A stretch of DNA of 64,000 nt from positions 1 through 64,000 of the IMG/VR virus record IMGVR_UViG_3300031537_000001. One strand, given 5' to 3'. Of this stretch, positions 1-9,231 are shown one piece after another. Made by a program: the position numbers and the translations under genes. Within the stretch, counting starts at the first letter, position 1, and every line of letters begins with the position of its first letter. This stretch comes from a virus. The notes beneath the pieces were generated by a model. It was not told the origin of the DNA and ran no database searches. It saw nothing but the letters and a program-made list of their open reading frames with translations.

Positions 1-85
1 CATATATAAATCCATCCTTATTTAATACAGAAAAATACTCTTCCCCGGTTGGACCTTCCGGTAATATTCTACCTTTTCTTCCCAT
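1..85 (-). CDS. 5' part of a structural-operon ORF, truncated by the window edge (MGRKGRILPEGPTGEEYFSVLNKDGFIY...)
   Basis: ATG at 85 just after the stop of 89..640; open to the window start. Confidence 0.6.
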   Translation of the reverse strand, partial: MGRKGRILPEGPTGEEYFSVLNKDGFIY

Positions 86-88
86 AAT

Positions 89-640
89 TTACCGTATTAC
101 ATATTTACCATTAATAATCCAACAACCTGATCCTATTGCACATTCTGGTATATCTTCTGTTACCATATAATCAGGATAATTTGCACATACAGCATCAACC
201 CTTTCATAAAGATTTAATGCTTGCTCTATGGAACCAGAATTTATATAAAGTTTTGCAGCCTCTATATAAAAGTACAAAAATTCAACTTCTTTGAAAGAAT
301 CCTGAATTCCTGTAAGAGCTATTTTACGTGCAAGAATAAGTGATGAATAATAAGAATTAAGTAAATAAGCTTCCACAGTTTCATCGATATCATTCTCTGC
401 ATATAGAGTTAAAATACCATCAATGATATCTGTAGTAATTCCTAATTCTGCTTTTGTTATATTTAAAGTCTCGGTTTGAATTCCACTAAGTCTACTAGAT
501 AAATCTATATAGGTATCAGTTAAATAAGCAGATCCTACATAAAATAATAAACTATTAACAACTGCACCAGTACCAGCATTAACAACTATATCTACACTTT
601 GATAATCGGCTGCTATTGTAAATTGAGTAACTGCTATCAT
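89..640 (-). CDS. crAss-like virion/structural protein, function unknown
   Basis: 183-aa ORF in the late operon, with its own TATATTTG promoter upstream. Confidence 0.55.
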   Translation of the reverse strand: MIAVTQFTIAADYQSVDIVVNAGTGAVVNSLLFYVGSAYLTDTYIDLSSRLSGIQTETLNITKAELGITTDIIDGILTLYAENDIDETVEAYLLNSYYSSLILARKIALTGIQDSFKEVEFLYFYIEAAKLYINSGSIEQALNLYERVDAVCANYPDYMVTEDIPECAIGSGCWIINGKYVIR

Positions 641-667
641 AATATACCTTTTTTATTTTGTATGATA

Positions 668-675
668 CAAATATA
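668..675 (-). promoter_or_regulatory. Bacteroidota sigma70-type -7 element (TATATTTG)
   Basis: Matches TAnnTTTG, about 30 nt upstream of the ATG at 640; same TTCGTATATTTGTA context as at 53622. Confidence 0.65.
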
Positions 676-677
676 CG

Positions 678-712
678 AAAAAAGGTGATACGTTTCCACC
701 TACCACCTTTTT
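678..712 (-). terminator. Intrinsic terminator after 738..1817
   Basis: AAAAAAGGTG...CACCTTTTTT inverted repeat. Confidence 0.55.
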
Positions 713-737
713 AATTAATTTAAATAAAGAAGAATTA

Positions 738-1817
738 TTAAGTTGCAGTTACAATAACAGCATTAGAAACTTCACTAACTCCTAATACACCTGATTGGGC
801 AGTAGCAGTTAATACATCTCCTGTAGCAACAGTAACAGTAACAGAAAATATTCCAGTTGTTCCATGTGCTGATACAGCAGCTTCAGGAGATCCGTCAACT
901 GATAAAATAACACTAGAACCTGGATAAGCTACACCTGTTACAGCAGTATCACCATTAACGGCTGCATCAATAGTAGGTGCAGGAGTTTTACCATTAGTCT
1001 GAAATGCAATCAATATCTGAATAGGAGCGTCAACTCTGGCATTAGCTGTTTTGACCTGATTTTCTTCGGTTAAAACAATAACTTTATAAGTTCCAGATGC
1101 AACAGCATTAGGAATATATTCAAAGTTATTTCTCCATTCTTGATAACGATACTGATCAGATTCACCGGCAGCGAAATATTCTTGTTCAAGAATATGTGGT
1201 CCATATCCAACACCATCAGCATGAGGTGTAGTTAAAGTAGCAATAGCTGAAGAATCAACTGGTAAAGTTAATCTACTTTTAACCTGAAGAAACCTTCCAG
1301 GTAAGTGCCCTTTTACATACGTCTGTAATTTTTCAGTTATAATTACATCGGCAGTAGAAACGGCAACAGTAAATAAATCAGTATGTCCTTCTCTAGCTAA
1401 CTCAGCATTCAAGGAAGCTGCAAGCCCGGTAGCAACATTAGCTGCTACAGTATCAACGGCTGTAAAATTGCCATAAAGAGTAAATTCTCCTCTCATACCA
1501 GGAATCTTTATTTCAACACTTATTTGAAATACATCCCCAACAACTGGAGTAGGAATAGTTATTGTTTCAACTTGCATTGTCGGAGCAGCATATGCCTGAA
1601 CTCCAGCCCAACCTGCAAAAGCTGCAATCGGAGGACTTTTAACAACTATTCCATTCTTCTTCATTGCAAAATAGCCAGCCCCACTAGCTGTAAGCAACCC
1701 AGTATTAACGTTAAAAAAGCCCAATTCACCCTCAAGCAAACTGTCAACATCACCAATTATTGTATTAGAGATGAGTGGGCTAACGAACACTTTTAAAGAA
1801 TTTTTAGCAGAAAACAT
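738..1817 (-). CDS. Auxiliary capsid/decoration protein with a C-terminal Ig-like (Big) domain
   Basis: 359 aa, T/V/A-rich; C-terminal PAPTID...VTGVAYPGSSVILSVDG...GDVLTATA is Ig-like; lies downstream of MCP as in crAss-like phages. Confidence 0.65.
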   Translation of the reverse strand: MFSAKNSLKVFVSPLISNTIIGDVDSLLEGELGFFNVNTGLLTASGAGYFAMKKNGIVVKSPPIAAFAGWAGVQAYAAPTMQVETITIPTPVVGDVFQISVEIKIPGMRGEFTLYGNFTAVDTVAANVATGLAASLNAELAREGHTDLFTVAVSTADVIITEKLQTYVKGHLPGRFLQVKSRLTLPVDSSAIATLTTPHADGVGYGPHILEQEYFAAGESDQYRYQEWRNNFEYIPNAVASGTYKVIVLTEENQVKTANARVDAPIQILIAFQTNGKTPAPTIDAAVNGDTAVTGVAYPGSSVILSVDGSPEAAVSAHGTTGIFSVTVTVATGDVLTATAQSGVLGVSEVSNAVIVTAT

Positions 1818-1838
1818 AATTTATAATTTTATTAAAAT

Positions 1839-2528
1839 TTATACTTCAGATTTAGTTACTGATTTATCTTGTAAGATAAGCCCAATAGCTAAATCAATTA
1901 TTTTGTTTAGAATTTCAGTATTAAATTTTGAATTAGTTTCTAAACTTACTCCTTCGATATCCAATCCTGTAGGTAAATCTTCAAGTACAATAGGAGTTAC
2001 TTTCGCTATGTACTTAATAGTATAAGATGATATTCCTGCCCCGGAGGGAGGAACCAATTCTGCAATCGGTGTAACAACTGTTGAAATAGTTTCTTCAGAA
2101 GTTACAATTCTCCAAATCTCCTCATAATTAGGAATCCTAAAAGGACTATTTATCTTACGAGAAACTTCGGCTAATTTTACATGAATCACCTTTACTAATT
2201 TACCATCTAATAATAGATCAGTAGGATGGCTTAATACTGCTGTTTCAGCAACCACTTTTCTTGAAGTTGCTGGTAACGGAAAAAATATAGAGTTAGCGAT
2301 TATACTTGGTGTTCGTACTAATGGTATAGTAATAATAGATTCAGCAATAAATGGCTCTAAATCCTTTGAAAGGTCTCCGTTTATTTCAAACATTTTGATA
2401 AGACTATCATAGATAGAATTCTGAGCTCTGGTTAAATAAAGAGATTTCTCATATTCATCTACTGATATTCCAATATCAAATGTACCTAATCTGGTATCAA
2501 TTATGTCACTAATTTCTTCTACTGTCAT
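1839..2528 (-). CDS. Tail ring/adaptor protein (crAss gene 73-like)
   Basis: Paralog of the neighbouring gene (DEYEKSLYLTRAQ vs DTYEKSVILTHAQ); conserved crAss gene order. Confidence 0.7.
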   Translation of the reverse strand: MTVEEISDIIDTRLGTFDIGISVDEYEKSLYLTRAQNSIYDSLIKMFEINGDLSKDLEPFIAESIITIPLVRTPSIIANSIFFPLPATSRKVVAETAVLSHPTDLLLDGKLVKVIHVKLAEVSRKINSPFRIPNYEEIWRIVTSEETISTVVTPIAELVPPSGAGISSYTIKYIAKVTPIVLEDLPTGLDIEGVSLETNSKFNTEILNKIIDLAIGLILQDKSVTKSEV

Positions 2529-3165
2529 TGCTTTCAGTATTACTGTACTTATCCATATAGTAGTGTTCAGCTAAAGTAGCTGCAATTTTTAAAATATCGC
2601 GATGTAAACCTGAATCAAGTTCACACTGAGTTGTTGTTGTTACTCCATCAATTGCTGGAGATATTGTATCTAAAACAATAGGGACTGGTTTACGTAAATA
2701 TCTACAAGTATATAGAGTAGGAGTAAATCCATTTCTAACATAAATCTCAACAGATCCTCCTGTATTATCCATCGATATTCTCCAAGCTCTTCTTCTTGGC
2801 GGATATACATATGGTTTAGACAATTTCTGTTGAAGTTGTTCATTACTTATTGCCAAAACAATATGTTGTATACCTGATACATTTTCAATTTGTTCATTTA
2901 GAATTTTAAAATACCCAGAAGGTAAACTAAAAATATAAGCAGAATTATTTAATAAACCTGCTACTGGAGAATTATCAGTATGAACAGAGATTAAATCTGG
3001 AAACCTATCTCCAGATGGTTCCGATTTTAAAACTTCTTTTAACAGTAGTTCTTGTGCATGAGTTAAGATTACAGACTTTTCGTATGTATCTAACCCTGGT
3101 GCATTATTGGCATTTATGTTCTCATAAATAACATCTAACTCACTACTGAATTCTGCTGTTGTCAT
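2509..3165 (-). CDS. Tail ring/adaptor protein (crAss gene 74-like)
   Basis: MTTAEFS...NNAPGLDTYEKSVILT...YLRKPVPI...CELDSGLHRDIL pattern; position after MCP. Confidence 0.75.
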   Translation of the reverse strand: MTTAEFSSELDVIYENINANNAPGLDTYEKSVILTHAQELLLKEVLKSEPSGDRFPDLISVHTDNSPVAGLLNNSAYIFSLPSGYFKILNEQIENVSGIQHIVLAISNEQLQQKLSKPYVYPPRRRAWRISMDNTGGSVEIYVRNGFTPTLYTCRYLRKPVPIVLDTISPAIDGVTTTTQCELDSGLHRDILKIAATLAEHYYMDKYSNTESNDSRRN

Positions 3166-4034
3166 ATATTTTCAATTTCTGCTTCTAAGCGTATTCTCAT
3201 ATCCTGACCATCGTTTGTTGATAAGAACTCTAAAGCATTGTTTAAAGTAGGTGATATATTTGGAGATGATATATTTAGTCCATCCAGAGTTTGATATAAA
3301 CCTCCATTTACTTTTACTACATTACTTGCTACAGCCTTTTTCAACAGAACTTTTAATTTGTAATAAGGATCATTCAAAATAGATAAGAAATCTTTCGGAT
3401 TTTTAGTAACTCTTTTTCCGATTTGACTTTTAATCCATTCTTTAGAAGAATCCCCTGCAACTCTTACACCGTACATTAATAGTACATCTTTCATTGCATC
3501 TTCACTATCTTCAATCTTTCCAAATTGTTTGAAAGCTTCCATTTGAACATCAACAGTTTTATTAAATGTAATGCTTTCTTCATTAGGCCATACTATAACA
3601 AATTTTTGAGTAAGTAAAGGATTTTTATTATACTCTGACAAACTTCCTGCAATCAAATCAGAATATGCAGTAAGAGCTTTAACCTTTATATACTCATGAG
3701 GATCTTGTAAATTTAATTGTAAATCCTCTTTTGTTAAAGTAATACTTAATTGAGCCCAATAATTATCAACCTTTTTATAGATAGATAATCCATCAGATCC
3801 CAATCCTAACAATTTTTCAAGGCCTTCTTTTTCAACTTTTGTAAGAACGTTTGCAAATTGACCCTTTTCTAATTGTTTACAAGTAAGTGTAATTCCACTT
3901 CCGTCGAGCAATCCGCCATATGCTATATGTCTCTCGTTTACAATTTGGCCTCTTTGCCTTTTTATAAATTTAATTGTTACAATACCTTCCGGTAAAGTAA
4001 AAATTTCTTCTTTTTTTGTAGTAACTCCTGCCAT
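3162..4034 (-). CDS. Conserved virion protein downstream of MCP (crAss gene 75-like)
   Basis: 290 aa; NYW...LTKEDLQLNLQDPHEYIK motif; synteny. Confidence 0.7.
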   Translation of the reverse strand: MAGVTTKKEEIFTLPEGIVTIKFIKRQRGQIVNERHIAYGGLLDGSGITLTCKQLEKGQFANVLTKVEKEGLEKLLGLGSDGLSIYKKVDNYWAQLSITLTKEDLQLNLQDPHEYIKVKALTAYSDLIAGSLSEYNKNPLLTQKFVIVWPNEESITFNKTVDVQMEAFKQFGKIEDSEDAMKDVLLMYGVRVAGDSSKEWIKSQIGKRVTKNPKDFLSILNDPYYKLKVLLKKAVASNVVKVNGGLYQTLDGLNISSPNISPTLNNALEFLSTNDGQDMRIRLEAEIENI

Positions 4035-4061
4035 TTTATTTTAAATTTTTATGTTTAATTA

Positions 4062-4083
4062 GGAGGGGTATTTAAACCCCTCC
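4062..4083 (-). terminator. Hairpin downstream of MCP (terminator or attenuator)
   Basis: GGAGGGG-TATTTAAA-CCCCTCC stem; weak U-tract. Confidence 0.45.
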
Positions 4084-4142
4084 ATGAAAAAGAAAAATTA
4101 CTTAACTTTAATAACTAATATGAAAAAAAACCTGTATCCTAA

Positions 4143-5630
4143 TTAAGCTAACAAAGTCGGTAACATTGTAGCAGTACGTGATGGATCAAGTACTATAGCA
4201 GCTTGACTAATATACCTTGTATAAGTAGCCGAGTCTTCCATTGTTCCCATACTCATGTTAGTACTTTCACCGGTCCAAGGATTCCTGAAACCAGCTAGAT
4301 ATCCACGATGCTCCCCTTTAGTTGTTTCTACTTTCTGAATATTTGGTTCATCTTCTGCACCCATATAAAGAATATCAAAACGATAAGATTCAGCAACACC
4401 GCCAGATGGATGTAAGATTTTATTTCTAACCTTATCATCATACATTGCATCAACTTCAATCCTTACTTTAATACCATTAGGTGCATTCCACTCAGTAAAC
4501 TGATAACCTGCACTTAAAGCATTTTCATGTAAAGGAGACGATGTTTTCTTAATTAAAGCAGGATGCATACCTCCTCTCAATGAAACCCAACCAGAAGCTT
4601 CGGCAGTAACTGCTCTATTAAATAAAGTAGCACCCCTGGTACCAGTTTTAATTAAAAAACTTCTCTGTTTGAGATCAATTTTACCTTCAACCATATCCGA
4701 AAGAATAGATTCTAAGGTAAGTAAAGAGAACACATTATAAAAAGTAGTATTGGAAACTTCCATTTGCTCCCTAATACCTGCTCCTTCTTTAATAACAAAA
4801 CCAGATTTACCGGTATCGTTATAAGAACCATCAGCATTACGATTAGAACGTGAGTACATGAAAGCTTTTGCTTTTTCCTGTGACCAAGTTCTTTCTAGTT
4901 GCCATTCGGCATACTGCATCCAAGTGGTAAAATCTTTCTTTTGACTATCCTCATCAAGAACAGTAATAGTAGTAGCAACACGCCTACCAAGCATATTACC
5001 AGGAACTTTATGTTCATTACGAAGAGTAGTAAAAGATTGACGCATATCAATCGGACTAACGAAAGATATATCACCACCTTTTACAGACATAGTATCCTCA
5101 ACAAGTGAGAATTCCCTAGAGAACCTTTTACCAGCGACTAATTGTGAACCTGGAACTCCAAGAGCACTATTACCCATTAATTGAGTAGTATAGACCCAAC
5201 CTTCAACACTTTTTGTAGGTTCAGCAATAACGCGATATTGATAAACTTCTTTTTCACCAATTAATATATTCACTTCGTGAAATAATCTTTCGGCAAATAC
5301 TAAATAAATCAAAGTTCCGTTAGAGCCAACTCCTGTATCTCCTGTAACGATAGGAGTACCTGAAGACTGATAAGCATATACCAATGGAATGTTACGATCA
5401 TCATTCCCTACTAATTTCCAAGTAAAATCATCTTCTGTTTCCAAACGCTTTGTAGGTAAACTTGATAGAACTGTATCAAGGTTATTTAACCCTGAGTTCG
5501 CAAGAATCATTATTATAGTTTTTGTAAACAGTTGTTGATTTTGCCCGAATAAAGCACCTAAATGATTAGTAGTTACAAGACCACTAAAATCATATGCTTC
5601 AGTCATTTGAAATTTACTAAATTGTGGCAT
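4143..5630 (-). CDS. Major capsid protein (Crassvirales)
   Basis: 495 aa; GLVTTNHLGA, GAGIREQM, LSAGYQFTEW, HPSGGVAESYRFDI motifs typical of crAss MCP; portal-scaffold-MCP order. Confidence 0.92.
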   Translation of the reverse strand: MPQFSKFQMTEAYDFSGLVTTNHLGALFGQNQQLFTKTIIMILANSGLNNLDTVLSSLPTKRLETEDDFTWKLVGNDDRNIPLVYAYQSSGTPIVTGDTGVGSNGTLIYLVFAERLFHEVNILIGEKEVYQYRVIAEPTKSVEGWVYTTQLMGNSALGVPGSQLVAGKRFSREFSLVEDTMSVKGGDISFVSPIDMRQSFTTLRNEHKVPGNMLGRRVATTITVLDEDSQKKDFTTWMQYAEWQLERTWSQEKAKAFMYSRSNRNADGSYNDTGKSGFVIKEGAGIREQMEVSNTTFYNVFSLLTLESILSDMVEGKIDLKQRSFLIKTGTRGATLFNRAVTAEASGWVSLRGGMHPALIKKTSSPLHENALSAGYQFTEWNAPNGIKVRIEVDAMYDDKVRNKILHPSGGVAESYRFDILYMGAEDEPNIQKVETTKGEHRGYLAGFRNPWTGESTNMSMGTMEDSATYTRYISQAAIVLDPSRTATMLPTLLA

Positions 5631-5648
5631 AATTTTTTAATTTTTTTT

Positions 5649-6755
5649 TTATTCGTCAATAATATCTGTAATTATAGGAGGAGGTGGTACAGTCTCGTCA
5701 TTAAATGTAGGATTACTCTGGGAAGTACCAATAAAATTAGTTTTTTGAAGTTTCGCTTTAAAACTGTTTACAGCTTTAGTGCTAGCTCTATTAACTAATG
5801 CATTCATATCTTCAAATCCATTAGTAAGTAAATACACAAAATAAAGATTTTTCTGAAACTCAATCGGATTTTCAAGTTGATGTTTTTGTAAAGCATTTAC
5901 TGGTATACCATTATCTAAAGTAACTACAGCCTTAGTCATTAAATGATGAACTTTGTCTTGCATTGTCTTAGTAACAGCATAATCATTAAACAGTTTTTCA
6001 GTTGAATAAACAGCTTTTTTCAAATCTTCCGCTTGTTGCAGAATATTTTTCTGTTCATTTTCTTCAGCTTGTTTTTTCTGATTGATTGTAGCTTCATAAG
6101 TTTGATCCTGTAATTGTTTAAGTTTATCTCTAAACATTATGGCTTCTTCAACATCATCATTTGAATCGCTAACTCTTTGATATTGTTTCAAAGCATAATT
6201 TTCATCGAATCCCTGGGCTTTAAATCCCTCAATTATAAGATCCTTTCTGACTCCTTGATTACTTCTTATAACCTCATCGGTTAATTCTTCATAAGCTTTA
6301 CTAGCTACCAGATGATCATGAATAACTTCATCAGGTATACCAATACGTAAAGCTTCTAAATATTTTCTTTGATTGTCATTTAAATCTGATAATTCATTTT
6401 GTCGAATTTGATCTCGCATTAATTCAGCAAATGCATCATCATCTTGTACTGTTTCGATATCAGTATCTTTTATGTTTAAAAGTCCTCTTTCAGCTAAGAA
6501 AGTTGCAAAAGTTTTAAACACATTATCGTCAGAACCGGCAGGAGACTTCTCGATATCTTTTCCTGCTTCAGAGGACTTTATATCGTTACCTACGCTCTCC
6601 TGACTCTCGTCATCAGTAACTTGTTCTATAGTACTTTTTTCTACACCTTCATCATCTGTTTGAATTTCCAGATCACTAGGTAACTTAAATCCTTCCAATT
6701 GGATCATATCCATCGAAAGATCATCATCTAATATTTCATTTTCTAATCCTGCCAT
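5649..6755 (-). CDS. Putative capsid scaffolding protein (crAss gene 77-like)
   Basis: Very acidic, coiled-coil 368-aa protein between portal and MCP. Confidence 0.7.
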   Translation of the reverse strand: MAGLENEILDDDLSMDMIQLEGFKLPSDLEIQTDDEGVEKSTIEQVTDDESQESVGNDIKSSEAGKDIEKSPAGSDDNVFKTFATFLAERGLLNIKDTDIETVQDDDAFAELMRDQIRQNELSDLNDNQRKYLEALRIGIPDEVIHDHLVASKAYEELTDEVIRSNQGVRKDLIIEGFKAQGFDENYALKQYQRVSDSNDDVEEAIMFRDKLKQLQDQTYEATINQKKQAEENEQKNILQQAEDLKKAVYSTEKLFNDYAVTKTMQDKVHHLMTKAVVTLDNGIPVNALQKHQLENPIEFQKNLYFVYLLTNGFEDMNALVNRASTKAVNSFKAKLQKTNFIGTSQSNPTFNDETVPPPPIITDIIDE

Positions 6756-6793
6756 TTTGAAAATTTTTTCATTTTTTAATAGAATTTATATAA

Positions 6794-6801
6794 CAAATAT
6801 A
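6794..6801 (-). promoter_or_regulatory. Bacteroidota -7 promoter element (TATATTTG) for the scaffold-MCP operon
   Basis: TAnnTTTG about 40 nt upstream of the ATG at 6755. Confidence 0.65.
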
Positions 6802-6825
6802 ATAAACTTATTATGAGAAATAAAC

Positions 6826-6855
6826 AAAAATGGCCTCACAAGGAGGCCAGTTTTT
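6826..6855 (-). terminator. Intrinsic terminator after portal
   Basis: AAAAA-TGGCCTC-ACAAG-GAGGCCA-GTTTTT. Confidence 0.7.
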
Positions 6856-6877
6856 GATTTTCTTATAGCTATTTACA

Positions 6878-9187
6878 TCACTTTTTAGAAGCAGCAGTAC
6901 TTTTTTGTACTGATAATTTTTCTCTGTTCATTTCTATTTCTGCTTGCAATTCTTTAATTCTTAGTAAACGCTCCTCGGAAGAATCAGTTACTGTAGAGTC
7001 TATCTGTAATTGTAAACCTTCTAGTTTTAATTTTTCTATTTCTATTTTAGTTAGATTATTGGCATCGATCTCATACTGTTTGAGATCTCTCTCAGCTTGT
7101 TCAGAAGCTGCTGCATTTTCCATAGCTTGTTGTTGTACTTGCATCTCTTGTTGAGCTTGTTGAGATTGTTGTTCGGCCTGATCTTGTTCGGCTAATTCAA
7201 TCTTTCTCATTTTCTCTGTAATAGAATCAGAAAAAGCAATATCCATAACAGTACTAAGTCTTCCTCCATTTTGCATAAAAGCATGATTAGCTTGATCAAG
7301 TAATTGTTTTTTCTCCTTGGTTTTCATATCAGATACTACAAAAATATCATAATCTCTTTCAGAAAATTCATCTCCATCTATATCAAATAGTTCAGTAGAA
7401 AAATCATCAAGTATATTTTGAAGTTTTTTCTTATTACCTTTTAAAGCTACTTTACAAGTTTCAAGTAAAGCAGTTAAAGCTCTAATTTTAAAATTTTCAT
7501 GTTTTTTAAATAATTCTGCTGTAGTATTAGAAGACTGCATAACAGATCTTTCTACTCCGCCTACCGTTTCTGAAGAAGTAATAGCTCCTTGACGTTGAGG
7601 CGTAATCCCTACAATCTCAGACATTTCAGCTTTAATAAATTCTAATATATTGATTTGTTGCATTAAATATTTGGTAGTATCAGCATCAATAGTTCTACCT
7701 CCCATTGTATTCATATTACCAGCAAGTTTACCCTGAGCTATACCAGAAGAACCTTCTTTAAATGAATCAACAAACATGATTCCAAATTTAGCCATGTAAC
7801 CTATCCATTGATGTGTAGTCCAACTAGATGGTCTTTTAGCTAAATCCATTTCTATAACACTGCCCCAGTTTTTTGCTAATGCTCTGTTTATTCTATTCCA
7901 GACAATATCATATAGGTATTGATATTCTTTCATTCGATCCATCATAGAAACTGCTCGACCTTGATTTGTGTTATAAATTTCTCCAATGATACCACAGTGA
8001 GCTTTTGAAGGATTAGACATTCTTGAATACTGAATTGGTAAAGGTTCAATTACAGGATATATATCTGAACCAATTTTACAACCATGCCACCATTCTCGTA
8101 TATAAATTTTCTCCAGTGTTTCTCCTTTTGAAGGTTCAGCTATATATTCTTCCGATTCTATTTTATACTGAGTATCACCATAATCATCAAAATACTTAAC
8201 CCGATAGGCTTGCTTTAAAGAACTCCAGTAACATCTTAACATACGGACATTACCATTATTATCCATAAAGTTCCTATTAAAACGATTTCCATTGATCTCT
8301 GCAAGTTGAAGATATCCCTCAATCATTTCCCCACTCTCAGAGGTTATAAAACTATTTCTAAAATTCTGTTGATCAAAAGCTCCATACTTAGAAGTATATC
8401 CTTTGGATATTCTATCAATTTCCTCCCTAGTTAATTTATCATAATAGGTATCAAGAACCCTACCAGGGGACCAATGATCTTCTATAATAATAATATCTGC
8501 ATCTTCAATTCTTGAGGAATATCCACCTCTTATAGTATGTACTTTAATTGGATTTAAAACTTCAAATGTTGGTTCATTATCCTGTATTCCACATTGTACA
8601 ATCCCTTCACCATGAATTAAAGCATTTTTAAAAGCATCAAGTAATTTCTCATTTACTTCTAAATCCCTTACATAATGTTTAAGTAGTTTAGAGGCCCTAA
8701 CCTCTCGTATATCTTTCCACTCATATTTTAAATATAAAGCAAACTTCTTTAACTCAGACTGTAACTCTTCCTCAGATAAATCCTGACTAAGAAGTTCCTC
8801 TATTTTCTTATCTACAAGTTGCTTTCTGTTTTCTTGTTTTTGAGATATACCATCTCTATCACCTATCATTACATTATATTCAAAAGGACTCTTGCTTTCC
8901 TCACCTACTATTAAATTTATCTTAGGTACAAGTATAGGATGATGTGGAAGATTGGTAGGAATAGTTTCAGCGGTTACATTATAAGGATTAATCATTTGTA
9001 CCATATCAGGAATATTAAGTTTTCCTTCATACAATTCCTGATTAATTATCTTGGTTGCTATACTTCTCCTTGTATTTTGATTAGTGTACATTGAAGTAGC
9101 TGTATCCAGTTGATCAACACAAGACTGTCTCCATTCTTTATTTTTACTTTTATAGGATTTTCTTTGTGGAGGTAGATTAATATCCAT
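6878..9187 (-). CDS. Portal protein
   Basis: 769 aa; LPPQR...K...W start, PKINLIVGEE, GITPQRQGAI...ETVGGVERSV motifs; Q-rich coiled-coil C-terminus; downstream of terminase. Confidence 0.9.
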   Translation of the reverse strand: MDINLPPQRKSYKSKNKEWRQSCVDQLDTATSMYTNQNTRRSIATKIINQELYEGKLNIPDMVQMINPYNVTAETIPTNLPHHPILVPKINLIVGEESKSPFEYNVMIGDRDGISQKQENRKQLVDKKIEELLSQDLSEEELQSELKKFALYLKYEWKDIREVRASKLLKHYVRDLEVNEKLLDAFKNALIHGEGIVQCGIQDNEPTFEVLNPIKVHTIRGGYSSRIEDADIIIIEDHWSPGRVLDTYYDKLTREEIDRISKGYTSKYGAFDQQNFRNSFITSESGEMIEGYLQLAEINGNRFNRNFMDNNGNVRMLRCYWSSLKQAYRVKYFDDYGDTQYKIESEEYIAEPSKGETLEKIYIREWWHGCKIGSDIYPVIEPLPIQYSRMSNPSKAHCGIIGEIYNTNQGRAVSMMDRMKEYQYLYDIVWNRINRALAKNWGSVIEMDLAKRPSSWTTHQWIGYMAKFGIMFVDSFKEGSSGIAQGKLAGNMNTMGGRTIDADTTKYLMQQINILEFIKAEMSEIVGITPQRQGAITSSETVGGVERSVMQSSNTTAELFKKHENFKIRALTALLETCKVALKGNKKKLQNILDDFSTELFDIDGDEFSERDYDIFVVSDMKTKEKKQLLDQANHAFMQNGGRLSTVMDIAFSDSITEKMRKIELAEQDQAEQQSQQAQQEMQVQQQAMENAAASEQAERDLKQYEIDANNLTKIEIEKLKLEGLQLQIDSTVTDSSEERLLRIKELQAEIEMNREKLSVQKSTAASKK

Positions 9188-9212
9188 AATATTTTATTAT
9201 TAATATTTTATA

Positions 9213-9220
9213 CAAATCTA
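9213..9220 (-). promoter_or_regulatory. Bacteroidota -7 promoter element (TAGATTTG) for portal
   Basis: TAnnTTTG in the terminase-portal spacer. Confidence 0.55.
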
Positions 9221-9231
9221 CGTAATAAAAC